DNA from: an uncultured Ilyobacter sp.
GTDB lineage: Bacteria > Fusobacteriota > Fusobacteriia > Fusobacteriales > Fusobacteriaceae
DNA: 64,000 bases
Assembly (NCBI GenBank): GCA_963663915.1
Contig: OY760649.1
Location: 38,004-102,003 of the forward strand
Reading direction: 5' to 3'
The notes under the pieces were generated by a model, which was given only the letters and a program-made list of their open reading frames with translations, was not told the origin of the DNA and made no database searches. The translations under genes and the position numbers were made by a program. Positions within the stretch are counted from its first letter, which is position 1, and the number at the start of each line of letters is the position of its first letter. Positions 19,121 through 29,083 of this stretch are shown here, piece by piece.

Positions 19121-20260
19121 GTGAGGATGCAAAAAGAGTATTTCCAGGAAATTTTTAATAATGTATTATCTGCAATGGTTCTTATCAACAACAAAGGGGA
19201 AATTACCTATATAAATAAAGAGTTCAGCAGAGTCTTTGGGTACAGTTCTGAGGAATCCATAGGACGGGTAATATCTGACCTCATCTCTCCAGAGGGGAAT
19301 GAAAAAGAGGTCACTGAAAATATCCAGAGGGTGCATAAGGGTGAACAGGTCTTGAAAGAGGTAGTCCGTAAGGTGAAAGATGGAAACCTTATCGAATTAG
19401 TTGTCATAGCCTCGCCTATCATTATAAAAGATAAACATGTGGCATCGAGCATAGTCTTTAGCGATATGACAGAGCGTAAAGAAAATCAGATAAAGCTGGA
19501 AAAGGCAAACAGAGAGCTGAAGGAAGCCACTTCGAGGCTTATCCATACTGAGAGGATAACTGCTCTGGGGGAACTCACATCAAGTATAGCCCATGAGCTG
19601 AATCAGCCCCTGAATAACATGAAAATTGTGTGTCAGGATATCCTGAGAGACGTGGCAAAAGACAGACTGGATGTAGAAACAATACCTGAGAGCATAGAAG
19701 ATATGGAAGAACAGATCAATAAGATGGCCAGAATAATAGATCATATGAGGATCTTTACAAGACGTCTCGACAGCACCATGAACATGGAAAAGATGAATAT
19801 AAACGACCCTGTAAAAAATATGTTTCTCCTCATAGGAGAGCAGCTGAGGATGAAAAATATTTATACAGTGAAAAATCTCAGTGATGAGCTGCCAAATGTA
19901 TGGGGAAGCTCCATCGGTTTAGAGCAGATATTTACAAATATTCTCATTAATGCAAGACATGCCCTTGAAGAGGGAGATTGCAGAGATAAAAAAATAGAGA
20001 TAGAAAGCTTTATGAATGGAAAAAATGAGGTCTCTGTATCCATAAAAAATAACGGGGGGCTCATACCTATAGAGATAAAAGAGAGGATATTCGAACCATT
20101 TTTTACCACTAAGGAACCTGGAAAAGGCACTGGACTGGGGCTCAGTATCTCTAAAAAAATAATAGAAGAGCATAACGGAAGAATAGAAATAGAAGATGAG
20201 GGACAGTGGACCAAATTTATCATAACACTGCCTGCCTTGATTGGAAATGAGGGGATATAG
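19121..20260 (+). CDS. PAS sensor histidine kinase
   Basis: PAS/PAC; H-box AHELNQPL; N, F and G2 boxes (INARHA, FEPFFTTK, GTGLGL). Confidence 0.92.
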   Translation: MRMQKEYFQEIFNNVLSAMVLINNKGEITYINKEFSRVFGYSSEESIGRVISDLISPEGNEKEVTENIQRVHKGEQVLKEVVRKVKDGNLIELVVIASPIIIKDKHVASSIVFSDMTERKENQIKLEKANRELKEATSRLIHTERITALGELTSSIAHELNQPLNNMKIVCQDILRDVAKDRLDVETIPESIEDMEEQINKMARIIDHMRIFTRRLDSTMNMEKMNINDPVKNMFLLIGEQLRMKNIYTVKNLSDELPNVWGSSIGLEQIFTNILINARHALEEGDCRDKKIEIESFMNGKNEVSVSIKNNGGLIPIEIKERIFEPFFTTKEPGKGTGLGLSISKKIIEEHNGRIEIEDEGQWTKFIITLPALIGNEGI

Positions 20261-21466
20261 ATGAATATAAAGGTGTTGCTGGTGGAAGATGACGACATGG
20301 CAAGAAAAAGACTGAAGAGGGTAATAGAGAAAGAGGGATATGAGGTGATCTCGGCTCATGACGGACTGGAAGGATTGGAACTCTTTAAAAACGAAAGACC
20401 TGACGTGGTGATCACAGATGTGAAGATGCCTAAAATCGACGGCATAGAGGTCATGCACAGAATAAAGGAGATGTCTAAAACAACAGAGGTAATCCTCATC
20501 ACAGGTCACGGAGACGTGGATATGGCCATACTGGCCCTGAGAGACGGGGCTCTTGACTATATAAAGAAACCCATTGATATCGATCAGCTCATTATGAGCC
20601 TGGGACGTGCCAAAGAGAAAATACAGGACAGAAAAAAGATAACTGTGAGAAACAGCATCTTAATACTGGAAGATGATGAAAAAACCAGGGAAAAACTGGG
20701 AAAGATTTATATAAAAGAGGGTTACAGAGTGTTTACAGCTCCAGACGGGGAAGAGGGGCTCAAAATCTTCTCTGAAAATAAGATAGATATTCTCCTGACA
20801 GATCTCAGAATGCCGAAGATGAACGGCTTGAAATTCATTTCAGAGGTAAAGAAGATAAGCAATGACTGTGAATTCATTGTACTTTCAGGTTTCGGAGACG
20901 AGGCTGATGCCATCGAGGCCATGAGAAACGGTGCTATTAACTTTATAGCAAAACCCATCGACCTGGAACAGCTCCTCCTATCCACTCAGAAGGCAATAGA
21001 CAAGCTGGAACTCCAGAGGTCTTACTACTATAAAACAAGGGAACTGGAACTGACCAGACAGATAATGAAAAGAATATCCAATGAAAAGGGTCAGATCATG
21101 GAATTTCCTGAGAACAGTGACCAGGAGCAGAGTGAACTGGTACTTAATCTCATAGAGATTATGAATATCTCCTATGTGCTTTTTGATAAAAATCTTCATG
21201 TGGGATTCACAAACCAGTATTTCCAGGAGCAGCATAACTTTTTACCGGAAAAAATCGACAGGGAGTTTTTTGAAAAGCTGGGAATAAAAAATATAGATAT
21301 GGAAAGATTCCAGGAAGACGCAGCAGGAATATTTGAAAACAAAAGATCAAAGATGATAAAGCTCACAGGGGAAGATTCCCATAAAATAATAATTGTCAAA
21401 ATCATACTGGTAGTGGACGGAGAAAGAAGAGAAAAAGGGCTCATATTTATAGGGGGAAGGAATTAG
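20261..21466 (+). CDS. Response regulator with two tandem receiver domains and a degenerate PAS-like tail
   Basis: REC1 (VEDD...DVKMP...T...KKP) and REC2 (LEDD...DLRMP...S...AKP). Confidence 0.9.
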   Translation: MNIKVLLVEDDDMARKRLKRVIEKEGYEVISAHDGLEGLELFKNERPDVVITDVKMPKIDGIEVMHRIKEMSKTTEVILITGHGDVDMAILALRDGALDYIKKPIDIDQLIMSLGRAKEKIQDRKKITVRNSILILEDDEKTREKLGKIYIKEGYRVFTAPDGEEGLKIFSENKIDILLTDLRMPKMNGLKFISEVKKISNDCEFIVLSGFGDEADAIEAMRNGAINFIAKPIDLEQLLLSTQKAIDKLELQRSYYYKTRELELTRQIMKRISNEKGQIMEFPENSDQEQSELVLNLIEIMNISYVLFDKNLHVGFTNQYFQEQHNFLPEKIDREFFEKLGIKNIDMERFQEDAAGIFENKRSKMIKLTGEDSHKIIIVKIILVVDGERREKGLIFIGGRN

Positions 21467-21468
21467 AC

Positions 21469-23109
21469 ATGTCTAGAACAATACTCATAGTCGATGACGA
21501 TCCCACCATATGCAGCGAGCTGCAGAAAGAGCTTAAAAGAAACTTTTTTCCCACTCATGTGGCTGGAAACTCAAAGGACGCTCTGGAAATACTGAATAAA
21601 AATAAAATTGATATTATACTCCTGGATATATTCATGCCTGATATTGACGGACTGGATATGCTAGAGAAGGTCAAGGCAAAGTGGCCTGCCATCGAGGTAA
21701 TAATAATAACGGGATACAGCTCTCAGGATGTGGCCATAAAGGCTCTGAGAAGGGGAGCCATAGATTATCTGGAAAAGCCTATCAACTATGAGGAGCTCAA
21801 TACCTCTATAGGCCGGGCAATGGAAAAAATAACAGAGAATGCCGACCTGACTTACAGACACTCTATACTCCTGGTGGATGACGATAAGGATGCCACTAAA
21901 AAACTCTCCAGAATACTTTCTAAAGAGGGATATGAAGTCTTTACTGCTAATGACGGAAAAGAAGGACTGGGGATCATAAATCAAAATAAGATAGATATAC
22001 TGATAGCAGATATAGAGATGCCCATTATGGGTGGGATAGAGCTTTTGCAGAAAGTAAAAAAATTCCAGAAGGATATAGAGGTAATCATGATGACAGGTTT
22101 CGGAGACGAAAATCTGGCTATAGAGGCTCTGAGAACAGGAGCCATAAACTACCTTCGTAAACCCATTGATCTGGATGAACTCCTCATTGCCATAGAACAG
22201 GCAGTAGAGAGAATACTTCTCTATAGAAATCAGCTGTACCGTGACAGGGAGCTAAAAATTAACTCCCAGATAGTGTCAAAGATAAACGAGGAGCTAGAGA
22301 GAAGAATAGAGGAGAGAACACTGGAGATAACCCAGGTTCAGAGTCAGTTGTTTCAGACTTCCAAGCTGGCCACTCTGGGTGAGATGGCGGCAGGTCTGGC
22401 CCATGAGCTCAATCAGCCCCTTGCAGGACTCTCACTCTGTACTACAAATATGAAGAAACTAAAGCAGAGGGACCTTCTGACAGATATGGAAATAGATGAG
22501 ACTATAGAGAATATAGAGGGTCTCATAAAGAGAATGTCCAAAATTATTGTGCATATAAGAACCTTTGCAAGACAGGATCTGCAGAAGTTTAAGAGCATAG
22601 ATATAAATGATAGTGCGGAAAATGCACTTAATCTCATGGAGGAACAGCTGAGGCTAAATAATATCTCAGTCAAAAGAAACTTTAACTCATATATCCCACA
22701 GATAAACGGGGAGCCATATCAGATAGAGCAGATCGTAATAAACGCCCTGTCAAATGCCAAAGATGCCCTGAATCAAAGGGAAGGGACAGGAGCAGATGAT
22801 CCTGCAGTGTGGAAGAAGAGTATAGAGATAAAGACCTCTCTGGTAAATGAGTGGGCTTGCATAGATATTATCGATAACGGGATAGGAATGTCCAAGGCTG
22901 TAAAAGAAAAAATATTTGAACCATTTTACACTACAAAGGAAGTAGGGAAAGCAACTGGTTTGGGGCTGTCAATTAGCTATGGAATCATAGAGAGTCATAA
23001 GGGAAGGATAGACGTTTCTACTGAAGAGGGTAGAGGGACCACAATTTCTATCAAATTACCTGTAATAATGAAAGGTGAAGAGTATGAAGAATCAAATTCT
23101 CATAATTGA
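21469..23109 (+). CDS. Hybrid histidine kinase, REC-REC-HisKA-HATPase
   Basis: Two receiver domains, then AHELNQPL, DNGIG, FEPFYTTK and ATGLGL. Confidence 0.92.
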   Translation: MSRTILIVDDDPTICSELQKELKRNFFPTHVAGNSKDALEILNKNKIDIILLDIFMPDIDGLDMLEKVKAKWPAIEVIIITGYSSQDVAIKALRRGAIDYLEKPINYEELNTSIGRAMEKITENADLTYRHSILLVDDDKDATKKLSRILSKEGYEVFTANDGKEGLGIINQNKIDILIADIEMPIMGGIELLQKVKKFQKDIEVIMMTGFGDENLAIEALRTGAINYLRKPIDLDELLIAIEQAVERILLYRNQLYRDRELKINSQIVSKINEELERRIEERTLEITQVQSQLFQTSKLATLGEMAAGLAHELNQPLAGLSLCTTNMKKLKQRDLLTDMEIDETIENIEGLIKRMSKIIVHIRTFARQDLQKFKSIDINDSAENALNLMEEQLRLNNISVKRNFNSYIPQINGEPYQIEQIVINALSNAKDALNQREGTGADDPAVWKKSIEIKTSLVNEWACIDIIDNGIGMSKAVKEKIFEPFYTTKEVGKATGLGLSISYGIIESHKGRIDVSTEEGRGTTISIKLPVIMKGEEYEESNSHN

Positions 23110-24862
23110 TGACGAAAAAATGATCAGAGAAGGGCTGAAGAAACTCCTGCTTCTGGATGATTATGAGGTCTTTCTGGGAGAGGACGGGATTCACGGTCTG
23201 GAAGTGCTGGAAAAAGAGAAAAATAGTATCCAAGTAGTGATATTGGATGTAAAAATGCCCAGAATGGACGGAATGGAAGTTCTGCAGATAATAAAAAAGA
23301 ACTATCCTGAGATAGAGGTCATAATAAGCACGGGACACGGGGCCATAGAGACTGCCATCCAGGCTCTGAGGTTTGGGGCTTTTGACTATACAAATAAACC
23401 CATTGAATATGATGAGCTTGCCCTGATAATCATGAGAGCTCTGGATAAGCAGAAGGTGGTAAGGGAAAAACTTGAGGCTGAAGAGGCTCTGAGGCTGAGT
23501 GAAGAAAAATACCGTACAGTGGTGGAGCAGGCAAATGACGGGATAGCTATTATAAGCCAGGGTATATTTCAGTATGCAAGTCCTCCACTGGGGAAGATGC
23601 TAGGTTGTACAGTTTCTGAGTTAGAGGGTAATCTGGTTGTAAACAGTATTTCACCGGATAATATTTCTGTGTTCGAAGATTATATGGACAGCGGCCTTAC
23701 AGGGAAGTCAGAAATAGTATTTCTCAATAAAAATAAAGAGGAAATATATGTGGAACTGAGCTCGGGGAGTATCAGGTATAGAGGGCAAGAAGCTTATTTA
23801 GTAATGTTCCGAGATGTCACAGAAAGGAAACAGTCTGAGGAAAAAATAAGATATCTGAGCTTCCACGACAGTCTCACAGGTCTTTATAACAGGGCTTATT
23901 TTGAAGAGGAAATGAAAAGACTGGATACCAGAAGGCAGCTTCCTATCAGTATCATTGTGGGAGATGTAAACGGACTAAAACTTTCCAATGATGCTTTTGG
24001 GCACCATACTGGAGACGAACTGCTAAAAGTAGCGGCAGAGTGTATAAAGAAATCCTGTCGCAAAGAGGATATCATCTCTCGGTGGGGGGGAGATGAGTTT
24101 TTAATTTTACTACCTACAGTCACAGAAACTGATGTCCAGAGAGTTTGTGACAGAATAATGAATGAGTGTGAAAATTATGATGAGCTGCCTTTTAAAATAA
24201 GCATCTCATTGGGTGACGCTACAAAGGTAGATGAATCACAGGACCTTGGGGAGATTCTCAAGGCTGCAGAAGATAAGATGTATAAAAATAAACTGATGTC
24301 TGGTAAAAGTATACGTAACTCTATAATAACCTCTCTGAAAACTACTCTCTATGAGAATAGTTTTGAAACAGAGGAGCATAGTGGAAGAATGACACAACTG
24401 TGCAAAAAGTTTGGGGAAGTACTGGAATTACCCAAATCAAAAATCGAAGAGCTGGTAGTCCTGGCAGCACTCCACGATATAGGAAAGGTGGCCATACCTG
24501 ATGAAATACTTTCTAAGCCTGGTAAACTCACAACAGAAGAAATGAATCAGGTAAAAAAACACCCGGAGATAGGGTACAGAATAGCAAAATCCTGCCCGGA
24601 GATATCCCATGTAGCAGAGGGAATACTGAGCCATCATGAACGGTGGGACGGGGAAGGATATCCAAACAGGCTGAAAGGTGAAAAAATCCCATATGAATCC
24701 AGGATAATAGCTATCATAGATTCTTATGATGTGATGATCAGTGACCGGCCATACAAAAAAAGAATGAGCCAAGAAGATGCTGTAAAAGAGCTGAGGCGTT
24801 GCTCAGGGTCACAATTTGACGCCTGTCTGGTGGATAAATTTATAGGTTTACTGAACCATTAA
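23075..24862 (+). CDS. REC-PAS-GGDEF-HD-GYP c-di-GMP turnover enzyme (start possibly 23084)
   Basis: REC; PAS; HDSLTGLYNR...RWGGDEF; LHDIGK...HHERWDGEGYP. Confidence 0.93.
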   Translation: MKSMKNQILIIDDEKMIREGLKKLLLLDDYEVFLGEDGIHGLEVLEKEKNSIQVVILDVKMPRMDGMEVLQIIKKNYPEIEVIISTGHGAIETAIQALRFGAFDYTNKPIEYDELALIIMRALDKQKVVREKLEAEEALRLSEEKYRTVVEQANDGIAIISQGIFQYASPPLGKMLGCTVSELEGNLVVNSISPDNISVFEDYMDSGLTGKSEIVFLNKNKEEIYVELSSGSIRYRGQEAYLVMFRDVTERKQSEEKIRYLSFHDSLTGLYNRAYFEEEMKRLDTRRQLPISIIVGDVNGLKLSNDAFGHHTGDELLKVAAECIKKSCRKEDIISRWGGDEFLILLPTVTETDVQRVCDRIMNECENYDELPFKISISLGDATKVDESQDLGEILKAAEDKMYKNKLMSGKSIRNSIITSLKTTLYENSFETEEHSGRMTQLCKKFGEVLELPKSKIEELVVLAALHDIGKVAIPDEILSKPGKLTTEEMNQVKKHPEIGYRIAKSCPEISHVAEGILSHHERWDGEGYPNRLKGEKIPYESRIIAIIDSYDVMISDRPYKKRMSQEDAVKELRRCSGSQFDACLVDKFIGLLNH

Positions 24863-24998
24863 TTCTTTAAATAAACTATACAGAATCTACCAGCATTCTG
24901 TTTTGAAAAGATGGATAAATATTTAATCTAAAAAGGTGATCCTATTGAGAACCTAATAATAAATATAATTTACGTGTAATTTGGTAAAAAATTGGATT

Positions 24999-25026
24999 AA
25001 GAGAGGCTAAACAGTCTCTCTTTTTT
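24999..25026 (+). terminator. Intrinsic terminator
   Basis: GAGAGGCT-aaac-AGTCTCTC followed by a T-tract. Confidence 0.6.
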
Positions 25027-25309
25027 GGTTTAAATGTTTTGCAAGCATCATACCTTCTTGCAGAGGCTTAAATTCTTGGAAGAAATTTAACTAATTTCCT
25101 AATAGTGTAACAAATTTTTCTATGGTATTTTTTAACTAGTCTTGTTAAGTAGACAACATTTTCTAGGACCTTACTACTACCTATATATACTTTTAAAAAA
25201 TTGTGGAGTATTATTATATTAAATGAATCATTTATGAAAATACTAACTTTTGATTTCGATTTTGAAAAATTTTATTCGTTACAACGTAAATTTTAAAGGA
25301 GTTAACTAT

Positions 25310-26959
25310 ATGGACTTAATTGCTATAATAGAGAAGATAATCTCTTGGAAAAAAACTAGCCTATTTCGAAAAATAATGTTAATGATCTTAATGATAACCT
25401 TGCAACTCCTTATAACTTTTATGATTTTTGCTGAAGGTGGCACAAAAACAGCATTTGCATATTTTGTCCTTTTAACTGTCATATTAGGGGGATGTTTTTT
25501 TGGACCTCTTGGAGGAGTTTTTTTAGGAATAACTGGGGGCTTTTTCTTGGGTCCTTTTATGCCTGCAGACAAAACTACTATGATGATGCAGGAAACATTT
25601 GACTGGATGTTCAGGCTTATATTCTATTTATTTGTAGGTTTTTTTTCAGGAAAAGGTATCAGGTATCTTCTTGATATAATAGAAAACCTGAGCCTGACCA
25701 CTCTGTATAATCCCATTACGAACTTACCTAATAAAAAATACTTTGAAAAAATGGATATGAAGTGGAGTCACCATGACCGTGTTGCAGTCATAAAGTTTGA
25801 AGAGTATTATAAAATGATAGAAAATTATGGTGAGGATTACGCAAAGAATTTTATAAAAAAAATTTCCTCTATTTTTATAGAAACCTTCAATGATGATAGA
25901 ATAGGTAATAGATCTAATGTATTTCATCTTGACGAAGATAAGTTCGCAGTTGTGTTTTCAGAATTAAAGTCTAAAGATCATTTTAAAAATGTGTTTAAAA
26001 GAATATATCGATCTATAAAATCTAAAGAGATAAATCACTTTCCAGGTGTGTTTATAGGAATCAGTGAATGCAGTGAGAGCAATACTAAAATTATTCAAAA
26101 TGCTGAAACAGCAAGAAGATCCGCCAGAAAAGATCTTAGGTTTTATAAGGCGTACTCTCCAAAATTAAGTGAAAAATCTAATGAAAATTTTGATCTTTCA
26201 ATGGAGATTCCTCGAGCTTTGAATGAAAGACAATTCTTTCTGTGTTATCATCCTAAAATAGACCTTAGATCTGGAGAAATCGAAGGAGTAGAAGCTCTGA
26301 TAAGGTGGAATCACCCTAAAAAAGGATTCATTGCTCCTGATAATTTCATTCCTCACATAGAGAAAACCTCAATGATAAATAAGGTTACTGAGTGGGTATT
26401 GAAAACTTCTTTTTCGGAAATAAAAAATATGGAGAAGGAAAATATAAATGTGAACGTATCTGTCAATATTCCACTTAAAATTCTAGAAAATCCAGTAATA
26501 GTAAGGTATCTTAAGTCTTATAAAAAAAAGCAACTTCCTCTTCAAAATTTAGAGTTAGAAATTCTTGAAAGAGATAATGTAGAAAGTTTTTATGTTACTG
26601 CGTTTGCAATGAAAACTTTAAAAAAAATGGGGATTTCATTTTCTCTAGATGACTATGGGACAGGCTACTCCACTCTGTCATATATGCAGAATCTGCCATT
26701 TGATAAAATAAAAATTGATCGAATGTTTATAAAAGACGTAGAAACTGATGATAAAGCCAGAGAACTTGTTCGTTCAGTAATCAATGTAGGACATATTTTA
26801 GGTATGCAAGTTGTAGCTGAGGGCGTTGAAACGAAAGAAACAGTTAAAATTTTAAAAAATATGGGATGTGACTATGCTCAGGGATATTATTATACCAAAC
26901 CTCTTGTATATAAAGAATTTATAGATTGGCATAGCAAGTATAATCCTTCTGAAATATGA
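25310..26959 (+). CDS. Membrane EAL phosphodiesterase with a degenerate GGDEF domain
   Basis: N-terminal TM helices; NPITNLPN...DEDKF; YHPKID, EALIRW, LDDYGTGYS, KIDRMF, VAEGVE and AQGYY motifs; RBS before ATG 25310. Confidence 0.9.
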   Translation: MDLIAIIEKIISWKKTSLFRKIMLMILMITLQLLITFMIFAEGGTKTAFAYFVLLTVILGGCFFGPLGGVFLGITGGFFLGPFMPADKTTMMMQETFDWMFRLIFYLFVGFFSGKGIRYLLDIIENLSLTTLYNPITNLPNKKYFEKMDMKWSHHDRVAVIKFEEYYKMIENYGEDYAKNFIKKISSIFIETFNDDRIGNRSNVFHLDEDKFAVVFSELKSKDHFKNVFKRIYRSIKSKEINHFPGVFIGISECSESNTKIIQNAETARRSARKDLRFYKAYSPKLSEKSNENFDLSMEIPRALNERQFFLCYHPKIDLRSGEIEGVEALIRWNHPKKGFIAPDNFIPHIEKTSMINKVTEWVLKTSFSEIKNMEKENINVNVSVNIPLKILENPVIVRYLKSYKKKQLPLQNLELEILERDNVESFYVTAFAMKTLKKMGISFSLDDYGTGYSTLSYMQNLPFDKIKIDRMFIKDVETDDKARELVRSVINVGHILGMQVVAEGVETKETVKILKNMGCDYAQGYYYTKPLVYKEFIDWHSKYNPSEI

Positions 26960-27035
26960 TTTAAATTCTTTTATTAAAAAACGCGCCACCTTTAGAAACC
27001 CTGATATAGGGTTTCTTTTTTATTTTATATAAAAA

Positions 27036-27760
27036 GAAACCCACCTGCTCTGCGGGTGGATTCAAAAAGCCGGAAGGCTATGCGTATGCTATGAAAAACC
27101 TCCTTTGATATAATCAACATAGGTTTGTCGACTAGTTGAGATACAAAAGGAGGTTTAAATGGATAGTAATAGTTTAGCACACACAAGATGGAATTGTAAA
27201 TATCACATAGTCTTTGCACCAAAGTACAGGAGAAAAGTAATTTATGGAAAGATAAAGCAAGATATAGGACAAATACTTAGGAAGCTTTGCGAGAATAAAA
27301 AAGTAGAAATACATGAAGCGAGTGCATGTAAAGATCATATACATATGCTTGTGAGTATACCGCCTAAATTAAGTGTATCTAGTTTTATGGGGTATTTGAA
27401 AGGGAAAAGTTCGTTAATGATATTTGACCGACATGCAAATTTAAAATACAAATATGGAAACAGGCATTTTTGGTGCCGTGGATACTATGTAGATACAGTA
27501 GGTCGTAACAGGAAAAGGATCGAAGAGTATATTAAAAATCAATTGCAAGAAGATATTGCAGAAGATCAATTAACATTGAAAGAATATATCGATCCTTTTA
27601 CTGGAGATAAAGTAAAAAAGAGATAGAAACTAAGAGCTACTTGAGTAGCTGAATGAAATATTACGCGGTTGGCAAACCGTTCAGAAGGGCTTCAGCCCAA
27701 TGCTGGAAAAGCGCCCTTCTAGGGCATGAGCAAACTACCACTTGAAGTGGTAGTTTTGAT
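27036..27760 (+). mobile_element. IS200/IS605-family element (tnpA only); ends approximate
   Basis: Y1 transposase flanked by subterminal hairpins CCACCTGC-tct-GCGGGTGG and AACTACCACTT-G-AAGTGGTAGTT. Confidence 0.85.
27159..27626 (+). CDS. tnpA: IS200 Y1 (HUH) transposase
   Basis: CKYHIVFAPKYRR, DHIHML, LKGKSS and FWCRGYYVDTVG motifs. Confidence 0.95.
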   Translation: MDSNSLAHTRWNCKYHIVFAPKYRRKVIYGKIKQDIGQILRKLCENKKVEIHEASACKDHIHMLVSIPPKLSVSSFMGYLKGKSSLMIFDRHANLKYKYGNRHFWCRGYYVDTVGRNRKRIEEYIKNQLQEDIAEDQLTLKEYIDPFTGDKVKKR

Positions 27761-27832
27761 ATTTTATTTAATATGACCTTAAGAAAGTTGTATAACTCGA
27801 GTCTTTCCCATGCAGCTCCATAGAGACCCTTT

Positions 27833-28114
27833 TCAAGAGATCCTAATTCCCTCTATGTTTCCAACTTCAAATTGTAGTGAAAAGAAAAGATTGGACATTT
27901 CTGCACAACCAGTGCCTTTATTGTTTTTAACCTCATCGATATCAATATCCAAAAGGCTTCCCTTTTTAAAACCTTGTAATGGGCAGTTTCTACATTTCTC
28001 CGAGTTAGGATTGTGGCATCCGTATCCTTTTAATAAAAGTTTACTTTTTTTTATAAAATATAAAATTTTTACCTCATTACTAAAATTTTTGGGGAAATTG
28101 ATGTTTAAAACCAT
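27833..28114 (-). CDS. Small Cys-rich hypothetical protein under riboswitch 3
   Basis: RBS AAGGAGG upstream; GCH...CRNCP...GC cysteines; lies directly downstream of a riboswitch and terminator. Confidence 0.65.
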   Translation of the reverse strand: MVLNINFPKNFSNEVKILYFIKKSKLLLKGYGCHNPNSEKCRNCPLQGFKKGSLLDIDIDEVKNNKGTGCAEMSNLFFSLQFEVGNIEGIRIS

Positions 28115-28226
28115 TGAAACCTCCTTGTTATTACATTACACGCGTTATTATTCAAAGGTTATTTCGCCGTAAAATTGGTCTAGTTACAGTCCTATTTTTT
28201 TGAGAATTAGCTAAAAATGTAGAAAT

Positions 28227-28256
28227 AAAAAAGCATAGCTAGATAAGCTATGCAAA
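28227..28256 (-). terminator. Expression-platform terminator of riboswitch 3
   Basis: Minus-strand GCATAGCT-tatct-AGCTATGC-TTTTTT. Confidence 0.7.
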
Positions 28257-28274
28257 AAATAGAAAAAAACTTTT

Positions 28275-28348
28275 TTCTGCAACTGGCTACCATTTTAAAG
28301 GCCCTATAGCTTTGCGTCCTAACGTTTCCATTAGTTTGCCAAATAATT
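28275..28348 (-). ncRNA. c-di-GMP-I (GEMM) riboswitch
   Basis: Reverse complement of 28282-28340 is identical to the aptamer core at 18011-18069. Confidence 0.9.
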
Positions 28349-28784
28349 CACTTGAAAGGTGCTTTTACTCTTTTCTACTTTTTATGTATTTTCCTTTTTT
28401 ATAACACAAATTTTATTAATTCGAATTAATAAAAATTATTTTTTCATTCATTTTTTAACGCCTTCAATTTTTTTATGGTTGAACACAAGTATGTATACAA
28501 CATGAAATCCTATATATATTTTATAAGAAATTCAAATCGCCTTTTGTAATCTGGTCATGCATCACTTATTGTAAATGGCGAAGAAATGAAGAACGGGTGG
28601 TTCTTGGTTACCATCATAGGCTTCAAAGATCTCTTCACTTAGACCACCTCTTATAAAGCCATTTATGGCATCATCGCATATCTTGTTTGGACTCCTTAAT
28701 TATTAGAGGTGGATAGGTTACAATATGTTGGACAGTTTTCTTAAGGTCATGTAAAATAAAATATAAAACCAAAGGAGAATAATC

Positions 28785-29081
28785 ATGACCATATCAAACC
28801 AGAAGAGAAAACGTCGTACCTACACAGATGAATTTAAAAATCAATTAGTTCTATTGCATCTAAATGGAAAGCGTAAATGTGATATCGTAAGAGAATATGA
28901 TATCTCTGCCTCATTATTAAATAAATGGATAAACCAATCTGAAACTAGTGGCTCTTTTAATGGAAAAGATAACCGTACCCCTGAAGAACAAGAACTTATT
29001 GAACTTCGTAAGCGAAATAAGCAGCTTGAAATGGAGAATGATATTTTAAAGCAGGCGGCGCTGATTTTAGGACGAAAGTAA
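28785..29081 (+). CDS. IS3 transposase OrfA
   Basis: HTH_Tnp_1: RRTYTDEFK...ENDILKQAA. Confidence 0.9.
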   Translation: MTISNQKRKRRTYTDEFKNQLVLLHLNGKRKCDIVREYDISASLLNKWINQSETSGSFNGKDNRTPEEQELIELRKRNKQLEMENDILKQAALILGRK

Positions 29082-29083
29082 AT

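Noticed and set aside
18003-24862. Possible c-AMP-GMP (GEMM-Ib/Hypr GGDEF) signalling
   Set aside because: Aptamers keep G at the G20-equivalent position and the GGDEF keeps Asp in GHHTGDELL, both typical of c-di-GMP.
27036-27760. TnpB/omega-RNA system in the IS200 element
   Set aside because: No tnpB or iscB ORF; the hairpins are the normal IS200 end structures.
28555-28709. Coding-like minus-strand fragment (RSPNKICDDAINGFIRGG...) beside IS3 copy 1
   Set aside because: No start and no recognisable family; it does not rejoin in frame with the MEDK start on the other IS flank.
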